Source: Methanoregula sp. (GTDB lineage: Archaea > Halobacteriota > Methanomicrobia > Methanomicrobiales > Methanospirillaceae). Taken from it: a stretch of 57,453 nucleotides of DNA. The translations under genes were made by a program, and so were the position numbers. The notes beneath the pieces were generated by a model. The model saw only the letters and a list, made by a program, of their open reading frames with translations, was not told the origin of the DNA and searched no databases. The DNA is taken from positions 1 through 57,453 of the forward strand of contig JAPKXU010000184.1 of NCBI GenBank assembly GCA_026394655.1, written 5' to 3'. Of the stretch, positions 37,477 through 47,972 are shown one piece after another; positions within the stretch are counted from its first letter, which is position 1; each line of letters starts with the position of its first letter.

Positions 37477-38265
37477 CTACATCACCGCAATGGCTGCGTA
37501 CCCCACGACCTCGCGCCGGTCGCCGGTCACATCACCGCTGGTTGCATACCGGATCAGTTCTGCTGCCTTTGCCCCAAGCATCCCGCAGGCAGTGACCATG
37601 ACCGCGATCGGACCATACCCGCAAGCGGAAACACTCCGTTCTTCGATCCGCCTGTAGAACTCCTTTGTGTCCATGGTGTGCAGCGCCTCGATCGCGTACA
37701 AATCATTGGTCTTTGCCATTGTTTCTGGCACATAATGCGAGAAATCGCTTGAGGCAACGATCCGGATCTCCCGTTGTGTCCTCCGGGCAGCCTCCACAAT
37801 CTTTTCTGCAAGTGCAGGAACGCTGGCAAAGTCCTGAATGCCCATCATGACGGGCGCGATCCGTGCATGGGGGAACCGGTACTTGACAAACGGCACTTGA
37901 ACCTCAATTGAGTGTTCATCCCGATGGGAGAACTCGTCGATCTCGATATCCAGAGCCTTCACGAGTTCCGTATCCGTATCAACGACTCCGAGGGGCGTCT
38001 CCCACGGGATCATCGAACCACAGGTAATATACCCCCGGTGGGACGGTCCGATGAGAACAAAGGTACCGGAAAAATCGGGAGGGATCGCGGCAAATGCGCA
38101 GGCTGCTACCTGCCCGGAGTAGATATAGCCGGCATGGGGTGATACGACACCGAGGGCATTTCCCACCGAACGGGTTCCGGAGAAGAATTTCTCTAGGAGC
38201 TGCTCAAGGTGGGAAGGATCCCGTGGGTAAAACATACCCGCCACAGCGCAAGAACGCATCTTCAT
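37477..38265 (-). CDS. MEMO1 family (AmmeMemoRadiSam protein B)
   Basis: VAGMFYP, PHAGYIYSG, GPSH, EHSIEVQ, ASSDFSHY, ACGYGP. Confidence 0.93.
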   Translation of the reverse strand: MKMRSCAVAGMFYPRDPSHLEQLLEKFFSGTRSVGNALGVVSPHAGYIYSGQVAACAFAAIPPDFSGTFVLIGPSHRGYITCGSMIPWETPLGVVDTDTELVKALDIEIDEFSHRDEHSIEVQVPFVKYRFPHARIAPVMMGIQDFASVPALAEKIVEAARRTQREIRIVASSDFSHYVPETMAKTNDLYAIEALHTMDTKEFYRRIEERSVSACGYGPIAVMVTACGMLGAKAAELIRYATSGDVTGDRREVVGYAAIAVM

Positions 38266-38334
38266 CGGATCAACCCTCTGGTCGTCCTGTTATATCTAAC
38301 GATCGGTCTCCTTAAAAAAAAGAGACAGATGGCA

Positions 38335-38946
38335 TCAGATATCAGTCTCGAAGTCCTCTTGGGTAAGAGCCGTAGAGATCCCACGGAGCCGGAGCATCTC
38401 GCGGGTTAAGAGGAAGTAAATCATGGAGAGCGCTTTTCTCCCCTTGTTATTGGTCGGGATGACGAGGTCGACGAATTTAGTCATGTTGTTCGTGTCGCAG
38501 AGTGCCACAACAGGGATGCCGCACTGGACGGCTTCGTTGATTACCTGTGCATCACCAATCGGGTCCGTGACAACGATGACATTCGGCTCAATGTAGTTCG
38601 CGAGGACCGGGTTTGTCAGGAGCCCCGGGATAAACCGTCCGGTCGCTGACATGGCACCGATGGTATCGGCAAACTTCTTTGCCGGGTACTGCCCGTACTG
38701 CCGGGAAGTCACGACAAGAATGTTGGGGGTCTCGTACTGGTTTAAGAATTTCGCGACGGTCTTGATCCGTGCGTCAGTCTCCCGGATATCCAGGATATAC
38801 AGTCCATCACCGCGGACGCGGTAGATGAACTTCTTCATGTCCTCGCTCTTCTGCTGCGTGCCGATGTGAACACCAGCCGCCAGGTATTCTTCTACGGGGA
38901 TGAGTGGTTCCTTTAATTCGATTTCCATCTCGTTTACAGTGGTCAT
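38335..38946 (-). CDS. rps2: 30S ribosomal protein uS2
   Basis: [31 protein letters not shown]. Confidence 0.97.
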   Translation of the reverse strand: MTTVNEMEIELKEPLIPVEEYLAAGVHIGTQQKSEDMKKFIYRVRGDGLYILDIRETDARIKTVAKFLNQYETPNILVVTSRQYGQYPAKKFADTIGAMSATGRFIPGLLTNPVLANYIEPNVIVVTDPIGDAQVINEAVQCGIPVVALCDTNNMTKFVDLVIPTNNKGRKALSMIYFLLTREMLRLRGISTALTQEDFETDI

Positions 38947-40130
38947 AGCTGTTCCTCTATGCGTATCAGTTCGTTCAATTTAGCGATGCGTTCTCCCCCC
39001 ACCACTCCGCATTTTAAGAAAACGCAGGAGAATGCAGTGGCAAGGTGCGCAATTGTCGTATCGGTAGTCTCACCGGACCGGTGGCTCATCACCGTGTCCA
39101 GACCATTGGCATGGGCGAGTCGGACTGCATCAAAGGTGTCCGTCAGCGTCCCAACCTGGTTGGGTTTTATGAGCACGCAGTTTGCCGAGTCTTTTTTGAT
39201 ACCCTGCTGGATACGGTCAACCTGTGTGACAAAGATATCGTCCCCGCACACGAGGCAATGGTCGCCAATCTGGGCATTGAGTTCTGCAAACGCGTCAAAA
39301 TCTTCTTCATGGAGGGGATCTTCAACGTAGACGAGGTCATAGCGGTCAACAAGTTCCGCGATGTATGCAATCTGCTCTTCTGTAGAGCGGACCCGGTCGC
39401 GGTACTTGTAGCCTTCCCCGTTCCACATCTGGCTTGATGCAACGTCGATCCCCATATCAACAGAGACATTCATCTCATCGGCGACAAGTCCGGTCGCCTC
39501 GGCAATGAGCTCAAATGCGAGGGCATCATCAATCTGCGGTGCCCACGCACCCTCATCACCCTTGCCGGCAGCAATCCCGCGTTTCACGAGGAGCGCCTTG
39601 ACGTTCCGGTGGACGGCGGCATTTGCAAATACCGCGTCAAGAACATTCGTTGCGCCACCGGGAACGACTAAAAACTCCTGGATCTCGGTTGCGTTTGCGG
39701 CATGCGCACCGCCACCGATCACGTTTCCTAAGGGAAGCGGCATCTCGTTTGTAAACGCCCCGCCGAGATAGCGGAAGAGCGGCATCCCGATTGCGGATGC
39801 GGCGGCTTTTGCATTTGCGAGCGAGAGAGCGACGGCGACATTGGCACCGATCCCGGAGAAGTCACTCGTGCTGTCAATGTCCCAGAGTTGCCCGTCAAAT
39901 CCTTCCTGATCGTATGCGTCCATCCCGATCAGTGCAGGGATCAGGTTCTGGAAGGCATTGTCGATTGCATCCTGTGTGGGTCTGACCTTTGCCTCCCGCG
40001 ATCCGGTACTGGCACCGCTCGGTGCTGCTGACCTGCCGGAGCCACTTTGCGTGTACACTTCCGCTTCTACCGTGGAATTGCCCCGGCTGTCAAGGATCGC
40101 CCGCAACTCGATTGCTTCAATCGTCGTCAT
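38943..40130 (-). CDS. eno: Enolase
   Basis: [41 protein letters not shown]. Confidence 0.96.
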   Translation of the reverse strand: MTTIEAIELRAILDSRGNSTVEAEVYTQSGSGRSAAPSGASTGSREAKVRPTQDAIDNAFQNLIPALIGMDAYDQEGFDGQLWDIDSTSDFSGIGANVAVALSLANAKAAASAIGMPLFRYLGGAFTNEMPLPLGNVIGGGAHAANATEIQEFLVVPGGATNVLDAVFANAAVHRNVKALLVKRGIAAGKGDEGAWAPQIDDALAFELIAEATGLVADEMNVSVDMGIDVASSQMWNGEGYKYRDRVRSTEEQIAYIAELVDRYDLVYVEDPLHEEDFDAFAELNAQIGDHCLVCGDDIFVTQVDRIQQGIKKDSANCVLIKPNQVGTLTDTFDAVRLAHANGLDTVMSHRSGETTDTTIAHLATAFSCVFLKCGVVGGERIAKLNELIRIEEQL

Positions 40131-40145
40131 ACGGCTTCTCTCCTC

Positions 40146-40319
40146 TTACTTCCTCTTTACAGTAATGGGGATAACGTTCGCGTTGTACTCCTCGATGGCG
40201 ATCTCCAATGGATCGATGCGGGGAGTTGTAACAAGTAGCGGAGCACCCATTGATATCTGCAGAGCCCTTGCTCCAATAATTCGCGCCCGTTCGTACCGGG
40301 TGTATGCCTGCGTCTGCAT
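40146..40319 (-). CDS. rpoK: RNA polymerase subunit K (Rpo6)
   Basis: [21 protein letters not shown]. Confidence 0.95.
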   Translation of the reverse strand: MQTQAYTRYERARIIGARALQISMGAPLLVTTPRIDPLEIAIEEYNANVIPITVKRK

Positions 40320-40364
40320 TTTCGTCCTCAAAATGATTTTAGTCAAAATTTAGTAGTTGATAAA

Positions 40365-40439
40365 TGGGGTCGCTGAGATTTGAACTCAGGTCACTGCGTC
40401 CCGAACGCAATAGGATAGACCAGGCTACCCTACGACCCC
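40365..40439 (-). tRNA. tRNA-Pro(CGG)
   Basis: GGGGTCGTAGGGTAGCCTGGTCTATCC-TATTGCG-TTCGGGA-CGCAG..CTGAG-TTCAAAT-CTCAG-CGACCCC-A folds as a cloverleaf. Confidence 0.95.
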
Positions 40440-40454
40440 GCGTTCTTTAGTCGT

Positions 40455-40643
40455 TTACTGGTACGGATTGAGCTCATCAATGATCTCTTTGTGTGTGAGA
40501 AGCATGCGCCTGCAGCAGTACCGGGTGATACCGAGATCGTCGAGGATCTGTTTAGGATCCTCGCCTTTCTCCCGCCGCGCTTTATACTCTTCCCACGCTG
40601 TGGAGATAGGTTTTCCACAAGTGAAACATCGTACGGGTATCAA
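40455..40643 (-). CDS. rpoN: RNA polymerase subunit N (Rpo10)
   Basis: [24 protein letters not shown]. Confidence 0.97.
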   Translation of the reverse strand: MIPVRCFTCGKPISTAWEEYKARREKGEDPKQILDDLGITRYCCRRMLLTHKEIIDELNPYQ

Positions 40644-40673
40644 GATTTTCGACCTCTCAACATATCTGTTATT

Positions 40674-41075
40674 TTAACGATAAGACTTTTGGAACTTCTT
40701 TCGTGCCCCGCGACCGTGCGGCTTTTTCGTTTCTTTTTGCCGGGAGTCGTTCACGAGGAGCGTTCTGTCGTAATTGAGAAAGATATCCTTGATTTGGGGA
40801 TCGTTTGTCCACTCAAGGATACCGCGGGCAAGCGCGGTACGGACCGCTTCCGCCTGCCCCATGACACCGCCGCCTAAGACGTCAATGGTCACATCGATGT
40901 CGTTCGCCGCATTGGGTACGAGGAGGAGCGGTTCAGCGATCTTCATCCGGGTCGTCTCGTTGCCGTACTGTTCAAGTGGCACGGAGTTGATCCGGATCAC
41001 GCCTTTACCTGCTTTTAACGTCGCCCTTGCGATTGCCGTCTTGCGTTTTCCGCTTGTGTTTATGATCTTTACCAT
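40674..41075 (-). CDS. rps9: 30S ribosomal protein uS9
   Basis: [31 protein letters not shown]. Confidence 0.97.
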   Translation of the reverse strand: MVKIINTSGKRKTAIARATLKAGKGVIRINSVPLEQYGNETTRMKIAEPLLLVPNAANDIDVTIDVLGGGVMGQAEAVRTALARGILEWTNDPQIKDIFLNYDRTLLVNDSRQKETKKPHGRGARKKFQKSYR

Positions 41076-41085
41076 CCTGACCACC

Positions 41086-41514
41086 TTAGAATTTCGCTCC
41101 GAGCGAGGTGCTGACCATTGCGAGCGTGACAAACTGCGGGTTGTTCAGCCGGTCCATGTGCGCTGCTTCGAGGACTTCCATTTCCTTCCCGACAAGTTCG
41201 ACAGGGATGCCGACATAGCACTTGATCCGCTTCATCGCATCGACACCACGGGGGCGCTTGTACGGGAGCATGCCACGGATAGTCCGCTTCATGAGGTGAT
41301 CCGGTCGGCGCGGGACGAATGGGCCCCAGCGGTCACCGGAGGCGCCACGTTCCCTCTTGTGCTTGTAGTTCGCGAGCACGCGTGCCCGGCTGCCGGATAT
41401 GATTGCCTTTTCGGCGTTTACGATTGCAATCTCTTCACCTGCAAGAGCACGCTGTGCGATGAGACTTGCCAGCCTGCCGAGAATGAGCCCGTCGCCGTTG
41501 ATTACAGTTACCAT
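41086..41514 (-). CDS. rpl13: 50S ribosomal protein uL13
   Basis: [27 protein letters not shown]. Confidence 0.97.
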   Translation of the reverse strand: MVTVINGDGLILGRLASLIAQRALAGEEIAIVNAEKAIISGSRARVLANYKHKRERGASGDRWGPFVPRRPDHLMKRTIRGMLPYKRPRGVDAMKRIKCYVGIPVELVGKEMEVLEAAHMDRLNNPQFVTLAMVSTSLGAKF

Positions 41515-41521
41515 TTTCCTC

Positions 41522-41887
41522 TCACCTCAGGATCCGGACACCGCTGCCTTTCGGGTTGTCCTGCAGGAGCTGCTCGATCGTCATGCATTGTCCCTTTGCG
41601 TCCCTGATCTTGCATGTCGCAGACTCTGAAAAGTTCAGCGCTGCAACTTTCACGGACTGCTCCAGCACGCCGCTGCCCAGTACTTTTCCGGGGACGATGA
41701 TCGTCTCCCCGTCTTGGGCATAGCGGTTGATCTTGGACAGGTTGACCTCAGCGTAATTCCTGTTCGAGGTTTCCAGCCTGCTTGCGATCTCGCGCCAGAT
41801 CTTTGCCTCATTCTCCCGTGACTTGTTCTTCAAGAGCAAAATGAGGTTGGTAAGACGGGGGTTCGTCTTCTCTACCAGTCTTGTCAT
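41522..41887 (-). CDS. rpl18e: 50S ribosomal protein eL18
   Basis: [24 protein letters not shown]. Confidence 0.97.
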   Translation of the reverse strand: MTRLVEKTNPRLTNLILLLKNKSRENEAKIWREIASRLETSNRNYAEVNLSKINRYAQDGETIIVPGKVLGSGVLEQSVKVAALNFSESATCKIRDAKGQCMTIEQLLQDNPKGSGVRILR

Positions 41888-42714
41888 TTCTTCTCCTCCC
41901 CTGAAATTTCGCTTGTCTGGTTCTCCAGCTCGTTCGCCTGATCCCTGATATAGCTCAGCGCTCGCTCCATGATCTCCTTTACGGGCAGTGACCCGTCACT
42001 TTCGACCACGAAAATAAACCGGTCTGGTTCTGCGGAGATCCGTATGGCGGGTTCCTCCCCGATACCGCTTGCCATGCACGCCCGTTCACAGAGTCGGCAC
42101 ATGGAACAGTCAGGGAGTTTGCTATCTACAACCTGTACCTTCTTGCCCTTGATTGCGAGGATCTCACGTGGGCATTCGTCCACGCACATGCCGCACGCAT
42201 CACAGGTATCGCTGATAGTGACAACCGGGTAGTTTTTGTACCCGCATACGAGCGTCGGCTGCCATTTCGCGTGTTCTCGTCCGGTATTAAGGACGGCGCG
42301 TGCCTCGATGACAAGTTTCTGCCCTTTTACGAGTTTCACTATGGGGATATTCTCATGCACCGGCGTCGTCTCCGGGTCCTGTGGGATCAAGTCACTCGAC
42401 AAGACCGTCTTCGGACCTTCGACGCTCAACGTGAAGGTTGCAATGCAGCCCGGGCATCCCGCCCCGCCGCATGCGCATTTGTCCTGAGTCGTGTAGGTAG
42501 TAAGGTCGGTCTTTATTGGGATGAGCCCGAGGCGGTGTGCCAGCATCTCGTCAAAGAGTGCGCTCGTATTATCGTAGATGCGCACGTCTTCGATGGCAAG
42601 AGTCGGCACTTCACCGATCATTGCCCTGCGGAATGCGTTGGCGAACCCCGGACTCGCCCCGGAAAGGGTGAATCGTGCGAGGGTGTCGTCCAGACTCGCG
42701 AATTCGATCTCCAT
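41884..42714 (-). CDS. rpoD: RNA polymerase subunit D (Rpo3) with ferredoxin-like Fe-S domain
   Basis: ANAFRRAMIGEVP, LAHRLGLIP, EHAKWQP, CDACGMCVDECP / CSMCRLCERAC. Confidence 0.96.
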   Translation of the reverse strand: MEIEFASLDDTLARFTLSGASPGFANAFRRAMIGEVPTLAIEDVRIYDNTSALFDEMLAHRLGLIPIKTDLTTYTTQDKCACGGAGCPGCIATFTLSVEGPKTVLSSDLIPQDPETTPVHENIPIVKLVKGQKLVIEARAVLNTGREHAKWQPTLVCGYKNYPVVTISDTCDACGMCVDECPREILAIKGKKVQVVDSKLPDCSMCRLCERACMASGIGEEPAIRISAEPDRFIFVVESDGSLPVKEIMERALSYIRDQANELENQTSEISGEEKK

Positions 42715-43112
42715 CACACTCTCCTTCCCCGTCTGCCACCCTTCGGGCGACACGAGTCGTGGGGGATGGGTGTAACATCTTCAATGCGACCGATCCGCAT
42801 GCCGGCGCGGGCGAGTGCCCGGATGGCGGCCTGGGCACCGGGTCCCGGGCTGCGCTGTTTGCCCTGCCCGGGTGCCCTTACCTTCACATGAACGCCGACA
42901 ATGCCCTTTTCACGGGCGATTGCAGCGACGTTGCCCGCCATCTGCATCGCGGCGTAAGGGGAACTCTCGTTCCGGTCCTGCTTGACTACCATGCCGCCGC
43001 TTGATTTTGTGACGGTCTCTGCACCGGATAGGTCGGTCACGGTTATGATCGTGTTGTTGAACGAGGCGAAGATATGCGCAACACCCCATTTTTCCTTCTC
43101 ATTTGCTGCCAT
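42714..43112 (-). CDS. rps11: 30S ribosomal protein uS11
   Basis: [35 protein letters not shown]. Confidence 0.98.
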   Translation of the reverse strand: MAANEKEKWGVAHIFASFNNTIITVTDLSGAETVTKSSGGMVVKQDRNESSPYAAMQMAGNVAAIAREKGIVGVHVKVRAPGQGKQRSPGPGAQAAIRALARAGMRIGRIEDVTPIPHDSCRPKGGRRGRRV

Positions 43113-43113
43113 C

Positions 43114-43665
43114 TTATCTCACTCCTGCGGGTTTGGTGATGCGTGTGCGCTCCGCGTGAGAATCTGCAACGAACGGTGATTTGCCGTAGTAGGAGATCTG
43201 GGGCTCTTCGATCCGGGTCACGCGGTAGCCGGGTATATTGACGCGCCTTCCGTCGATTGCAATGTGCCCGTGAGTGATGAGCTGCCGTGCCTGTTTTGGC
43301 GATCGTGCGAGTCCTTTCCTGTGGACAATGGTCTGGAGACGGCGTTCGAGCTGAGCCTGCACCTTGAGCGAAAGGACGTTATCGATATCTGCATCGGGAC
43401 CGAGCAGCCCGGCGCGCTGCATGTGGCTGATAAGCTCTGCTTTCTTTGCTTCAACGAGTGTCCTGTCCGTGGTGCTTGACATTAACGCGAGCAGGCTGCG
43501 GGCAGCCTTACGGTACTTGCGCAGGATGCTCTGTGCCTTCCAGACTTCACGCTTGTTGCGCAGCCCGTATTCGATGACGAGGCGGGTTTCATCCTCTATC
43601 CTCGTCTTCTCGAATGGGCGCTTTGGGGTCTGGTACGCCTTGTGGTTCTTTCCCGGGTATCCCAT
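43114..43665 (-). CDS. rps4: 30S ribosomal protein uS4
   Basis: [30 protein letters not shown]. Confidence 0.97.
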   Translation of the reverse strand: MGYPGKNHKAYQTPKRPFEKTRIEDETRLVIEYGLRNKREVWKAQSILRKYRKAARSLLALMSSTTDRTLVEAKKAELISHMQRAGLLGPDADIDNVLSLKVQAQLERRLQTIVHRKGLARSPKQARQLITHGHIAIDGRRVNIPGYRVTRIEEPQISYYGKSPFVADSHAERTRITKPAGVR

Positions 43666-43668
43666 GGA

Positions 43669-44130
43669 TTACGCACTTCCCTCTCTCTTCTTCTTCACAC
43701 CGACGGTCATACCGGTACGTCCGGTCGACTTGGTGCGCTGCCCACGGACTTTCTGACCGGTCTCGTGCCGGATACCCCGGTAACAACGAATCTTCCTCAT
43801 CATGTTGACGTCTTCGTCTTGTATGAGGGTGAGATCGGATCCAAGGAGGTGCTTTGACTCTCCTGTGTACACGTCCCTTGGTCTATTCGCCATCCATGAC
43901 GGGATCTTCGTTGTATATTGCTCAACAGCGGTGCGGAGTCGTTTGACTGACTCTTCATCGATGCGACCGAGCAATGCATACTCGTCCACGTTCGCCATAC
44001 GGGAAATAACCGTGGAGGTATGCCTGCCGACGCCTTTGATGCCGGTCAAGGCAACCCGCACGGATTTCGTCCCGTCCAGATCGGTTGTGCCGATCCGTAC
44101 AAAGTATTTTATTTCGTCTTCCTGAGCCAT
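43669..44130 (-). CDS. rps13: 30S ribosomal protein uS13
   Basis: [31 protein letters not shown]. Confidence 0.97.
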   Translation of the reverse strand: MAQEDEIKYFVRIGTTDLDGTKSVRVALTGIKGVGRHTSTVISRMANVDEYALLGRIDEESVKRLRTAVEQYTTKIPSWMANRPRDVYTGESKHLLGSDLTLIQDEDVNMMRKIRCYRGIRHETGQKVRGQRTKSTGRTGMTVGVKKKREGSA

Positions 44131-44163
44131 CCAATCCCCTCGATAGTGAGATTTTCTCTTTAG

Positions 44164-44248
44164 CGCTGAGGGAGGGATTTGAACCCTCGAGTCCCAAAGG
44201 GACACAGGTTTAGCAAACCTGCGCCATACCAGGCTTGGCTACCTCAAC
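44164..44248 (-). tRNA. tRNA-Ser(GCT)
   Basis: GTTGAGG..CAGGT-TTGCTAA-ACCTG, long variable arm GTCCC-TTT-GGGAC, GAGGG-TTCAAAT-CCCTC, CCTCAGC-G. Confidence 0.95.
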
Positions 44249-44278
44249 AGAGGAATCTCGCATCTTTATCAGACACTC

Positions 44279-44320
44279 GCAGTGGATATCCACTGCTCCA
44301 TGAATGGTGCTTTATAATAT
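44279..44320 (-). promoter_or_regulatory. Probable promoter of the tRNA-Ser/S13 superoperon with an 18-bp palindrome near the start site
   Basis: ATTATATAAA on the minus strand (44311-44320); perfect palindrome GCAGTGGATATCCACTGC (44279-44296). Confidence 0.55.
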
Positions 44321-44439
44321 AGTTGGGTGGGTGTAATAAGTGTTTGGCTTGAGGGAGTATCCTGTTGCACGGGGGATCCCCGGTTGGTGTAGATGCTCTC
44401 CTGCCAGATCCGTTGCGTTTCCTACCGCAGGTACCCTCC

Positions 44440-45210
44440 TTATTGCCCGCCCGCCTTCTGGCAATGAGTTTCATACGCGTTCTTTGCTGCCTCGATCTCT
44501 GCGTCTCTCTTGCATCCTGCACGTCCCTCCCCCCATGTCTCTTTATTGACGCTGACCTGGACCGAGACATAGGTACTTCCATTCTCCGGTACCGGCTCAT
44601 GGTACTGTAATATAGTCCGGACATCCGGTGGCAGGAACTTTTTCTGTACGCATTCCTGAAGCTTGTTCTTCCATGATGTGATGGGTTCGGCATGCTCGAT
44701 CCGCTCCCGGAACAAACGGTGGATAAGCTGCTGTGCCCCGGTGATCCCTTTGTGGTAGTAAACCGCCGCGATAAACGCTTCGAGTGCACCCGCTCGGATC
44801 GAGTCGTTGAGTTCCTGTCCGGTTCCCCGGCGGATGCATGCATCAAAGATCCGGGTTGCGACAACAATCTCCGCGAGCTTCTTGTCGTTTGTGGTGTCGT
44901 GGAGCATATCGGTGAGGAGAGATTCATCGGTCTTGTCGGGAAACCGTTCGTAGAGTGTCCGGGCACGGTGCTGGAACGATGAATAGAGCTCCTCGGCAAT
45001 GATGAAATCAAGGATGCAGTCGCCTAAAAACTCAAGCTGCTCATAGTCCTCGCACATTACACCTATCTGTTTCTGCTCGCTCGTCCAGGAACTGTGAGTG
45101 AGTGCCTGATCGTACCGGTGGAGTGCTTCGTCACCCACGTCATCGAAGTCCAACAGGGGAGTTTTTAAAAGATCCCGTAGTTCTTTTGCCCGGAACGTAT
45201 CCATTCCCAT
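44440..45210 (-). CDS. rnc: Ribonuclease III (bacterial type, with C-terminal dsRBD)
   Basis: QALTHSS, YEQLEFLGDCIL signature, LEAFIAAVY, dsRBD WKNKLQECVQK..GEGRAGCKRDAEIEAAKNA. Confidence 0.9.
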   Translation of the reverse strand: MGMDTFRAKELRDLLKTPLLDFDDVGDEALHRYDQALTHSSWTSEQKQIGVMCEDYEQLEFLGDCILDFIIAEELYSSFQHRARTLYERFPDKTDESLLTDMLHDTTNDKKLAEIVVATRIFDACIRRGTGQELNDSIRAGALEAFIAAVYYHKGITGAQQLIHRLFRERIEHAEPITSWKNKLQECVQKKFLPPDVRTILQYHEPVPENGSTYVSVQVSVNKETWGEGRAGCKRDAEIEAAKNAYETHCQKAGGQ

Positions 45211-45445
45211 AAAGTGGGTTGCCTGATACAAAGAAGATTCCGGAACAAGGGAGTTATCTGAGGAATTCGGGACATCATCTCCGCTCCCGCCTGCTACCTC
45301 TCTGCATGTCCCAGGATCATCCGATCATCCCCAACGGGCACCGTAATCCCAAAGGATGTTTCTTTACCCGGTTTTTTGGATCCTGGCAATAGTGTTGCCG
45401 GTGACTGCAAAGATATCGCATGAGACCAAGTACGAGAGTGTGAAG

Positions 45446-45858
45446 TCCTTCCACAACACCCTTATTTTGAGGAAGTGTTGTTTCGGGTGTTTGCGAAGCC
45501 GGTTTGCCGTTTTGCGGCATTTGCATAGTTTCCGTTTTTTGCCATTCTGCACACTTCTCAGTACTTAAAAGTGTATTTCCAGCATGTTGTGATTGTAGTT
45601 CTTCAATCCGGGGCTGTGGCTCGGTTTTCGAAAATTGGACTTCTGCAATTCCGGGAACAGAGACACATGAAGGTGTTGACGCAATGGCAGTGCCAGCATC
45701 TCTCGCGAGATTGGATTTATAGAAGTATTGAGTAATACTTAGATCTAAGTGTGTGTGTATACAGGGTATTTCACCATCCGGGCTCGCTGCTTCATTCATT
45801 CAATACTTCTGCACGTGCGGAAGTATTGCAGAAGTGTTGTGGAAGGATAGAAGTATTG
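45446..45858. repeat. Cluster of RGAAGTRTTG decamers and palindromes
   Basis: Plus-strand copies at 45471, 45721, 45819, 45830 and 45849; minus-strand copy at 45801-45810; near-perfect 28-bp palindrome at 45801-45828; 14-bp inverted repeat at 45446-45459 / 45834-45847. Confidence 0.75.
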
Positions 45859-46353
45859 TCCGTTTTCTTGGTTCCGGTTATCATCACTCCGGACTGCACC
45901 CCCAGTAAACCAAAACCGATATAGATCCCGATCGAAGGTTCAGGTATTTGTCCTCCGCTGTGTTGAAACGTTAGGGATCTCGTCGTAGGTGACAACCGTA
46001 CGATACGTGTCCACGATCGCCGGGCACTTTTTCAAGAAGTCCGAAACAGGACACTTCCTGACATATGTATCCATACCTGTTTTGTGGATGCCCCGGTAAA
46101 TTTACGATTCGTCAGAATCGTAAACTCTGTCACGGGACTCGCTCGCAAGTGATGAATGGATCAGACGCCGTTCGATTCGTCTCGCACCCTTGATGCCCTC
46201 TGTATGTTAATCAACCGATCGTCAGATCGGTGTCCAATGACCAGGTAACACCACGAAGTGAACCGGGAAACATTATTCCATTTCCTATCGCCAATATAAT
46301 CTTACCCCCAACAGGGGCGGGAGGCAAAAATGATCAGGCAAATGGGAGAACCG

Positions 46354-47226
46354 ATGAAATCAAAAAAGGAGTTATACCCGGTATCCGATACGGCAGCGCT
46401 TGTCATGCTCTGGGCGAGCGAGTACTATCGCACAAAACCCCTTACAAACGCCTACCTAAGCGGGCTTGACCTGTCTTCCGGCGAGAAACTCCTGCGCTGC
46501 TATGACCGCATCTGCCCGTGGTACCCTGAGGTCATCGTCAACCGGAAGTACTTCATCAGTCACACGGTAAAGGCGCTCACTCTTGCGGATGATGCACCGG
46601 TGACAATCGTCAACCTCGGCGCCGGCTTCTCCCCTCTTGCCCTTGAGATGGCGCCGCTCCTTTCGGATACGCGACATTTTATTGAGATCGATTTGCGCGG
46701 GATGAGCCGTAAGCACCAGTTGTACTCTGAACTGGTCCCGGAGCAGTGTGGCTTTATTTCCTGTATCGAAGCAGATATCACCGAACCGGGATCGTTACTG
46801 GATGCTCTTGAGCCAAGACGGAGCAGTGAGGCACTCGCGCGCCTCATTGTTGTCATGGAAGGTCTCACCTACTACATCGGCAGAGCAGAAATGGAACAGA
46901 TGCTGGATACCATCTCTACACTCACCCAGTCGCAGATCATCATTTTCGAGCACCTCAAACCCTGCCGGTTGATCAGCAACGAGCGTCGTTTTATCCCGTA
47001 CGAGATCTTCTCACACGTCCGGGACCATATCGCGTATGACCGGATGACCACCTACTCCCGCGATGAGATCCCATCGATGCTTTCCCCTGCATTCTCCTGT
47101 CGGTATTACGATATGTCTGACATGGAACGGCTGAGGATTGGAGGCACACGGTACTTCCCGACCGCTGAATCGGGCTGGCTTTCATGCGCTGTTGCTGAAC
47201 GCGGGGCGCTGTCGAAACCTCTGTGA
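46354..47226 (+). CDS. Class I SAM-dependent methyltransferase (leucine carboxyl MTase-like)
   Basis: VSDTA, IVNLGAGFSP, IEIDL, IEADIT, VVMEGLTYYI. Confidence 0.85.
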   Translation: MKSKKELYPVSDTAALVMLWASEYYRTKPLTNAYLSGLDLSSGEKLLRCYDRICPWYPEVIVNRKYFISHTVKALTLADDAPVTIVNLGAGFSPLALEMAPLLSDTRHFIEIDLRGMSRKHQLYSELVPEQCGFISCIEADITEPGSLLDALEPRRSSEALARLIVVMEGLTYYIGRAEMEQMLDTISTLTQSQIIIFEHLKPCRLISNERRFIPYEIFSHVRDHIAYDRMTTYSRDEIPSMLSPAFSCRYYDMSDMERLRIGGTRYFPTAESGWLSCAVAERGALSKPL

Positions 47227-47342
47227 ATGTTCAGTGGTTGAAAAACAGCATCGGTTAAACTTGGGCGGAAGGAAGTCCAGTTAAAATCCGTCTTATAAAA
47301 AAATCGTGTCAAAAAACCGGTAAAAAAGGATGAACGGATAAT

Positions 47343-47972
47343 TTATAGCGCCATCACGAGTGACCGACGAGTGACAAGCCCGACCAGTTTGCCCTTCTCG
47401 GTGACCGGCATGGTGCTGATATTCTTCTTCAACATCATATCGATCACGTCAGATACGTGCGTGTTCCGGTCGACTGAAATGAGCGGCGTGCTCATAATAT
47501 CCTTCACGAGCAGGTTCCGCAGGTGGACAACGCGTTCATCAGCATCGATCGTAACGGCTTTCTCCATAGCACTTTCAATGCCGTCATCCGGTATATATTT
47601 CTTCAACAGGTCTCCGGCACTCACCTGACCGATCAACTTGTGGTCAGTGTCATAGACAACTACAAGCTTGTAGCGCTGGAGCAGCGGGACGAGCACATTG
47701 ACACTCTCGTCAGGATAAACACTCGTGAAGTCTTCTGCCACCACACTTGCGACGTGGATGGCGGCAGGGGCGATGGCGGAGTTCTGCTTCGCTCCCAGCT
47801 TCTCCGCGATTGCCTGACGGGACACGGTCCCGACAACGGTGGTGCTATTCAGCGCAATGAGCGGGTCGATCCCCTCTGTGAGCATCTTGTCAAGCGCTTC
47901 GGTGATCTTAGCCGATTTGGATATGGTCGTTGGTTTTACCATGATATTTTTAACAAAGAGTTCCTTCTTCAT
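47343..47972 (-). CDS. CBS domain protein, apparently with an in-frame internal deletion
   Basis: CBS motifs present; the third CBS unit stops at ERVVHLR and jumps to NLLVKDIMSTP. Confidence 0.8.
   Translation of the reverse strand: MKKELFVKNIMVKPTTISKSAKITEALDKMLTEGIDPLIALNSTTVVGTVSRQAIAEKLGAKQNSAIAPAAIHVASVVAEDFTSVYPDESVNVLVPLLQRYKLVVVYDTDHKLIGQVSAGDLLKKYIPDDGIESAMEKAVTIDADERVVHLRNLLVKDIMSTPLISVDRNTHVSDVIDMMLKKNISTMPVTEKGKLVGLVTRRSLVMAL

Noticed and set aside
30556-44248. Linkage of ribosomal, RNAP, enolase and mevalonate genes as a novel system
   Set aside because: This is a well-known conserved archaeal superoperon.
45317-45995. 160-aa and 67-aa minus-strand ORFs across the repeat array
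   Set aside because: No protein-like motifs; the DNA repeats occur in both orientations and different frames, favouring non-coding function. Not fully excluded.
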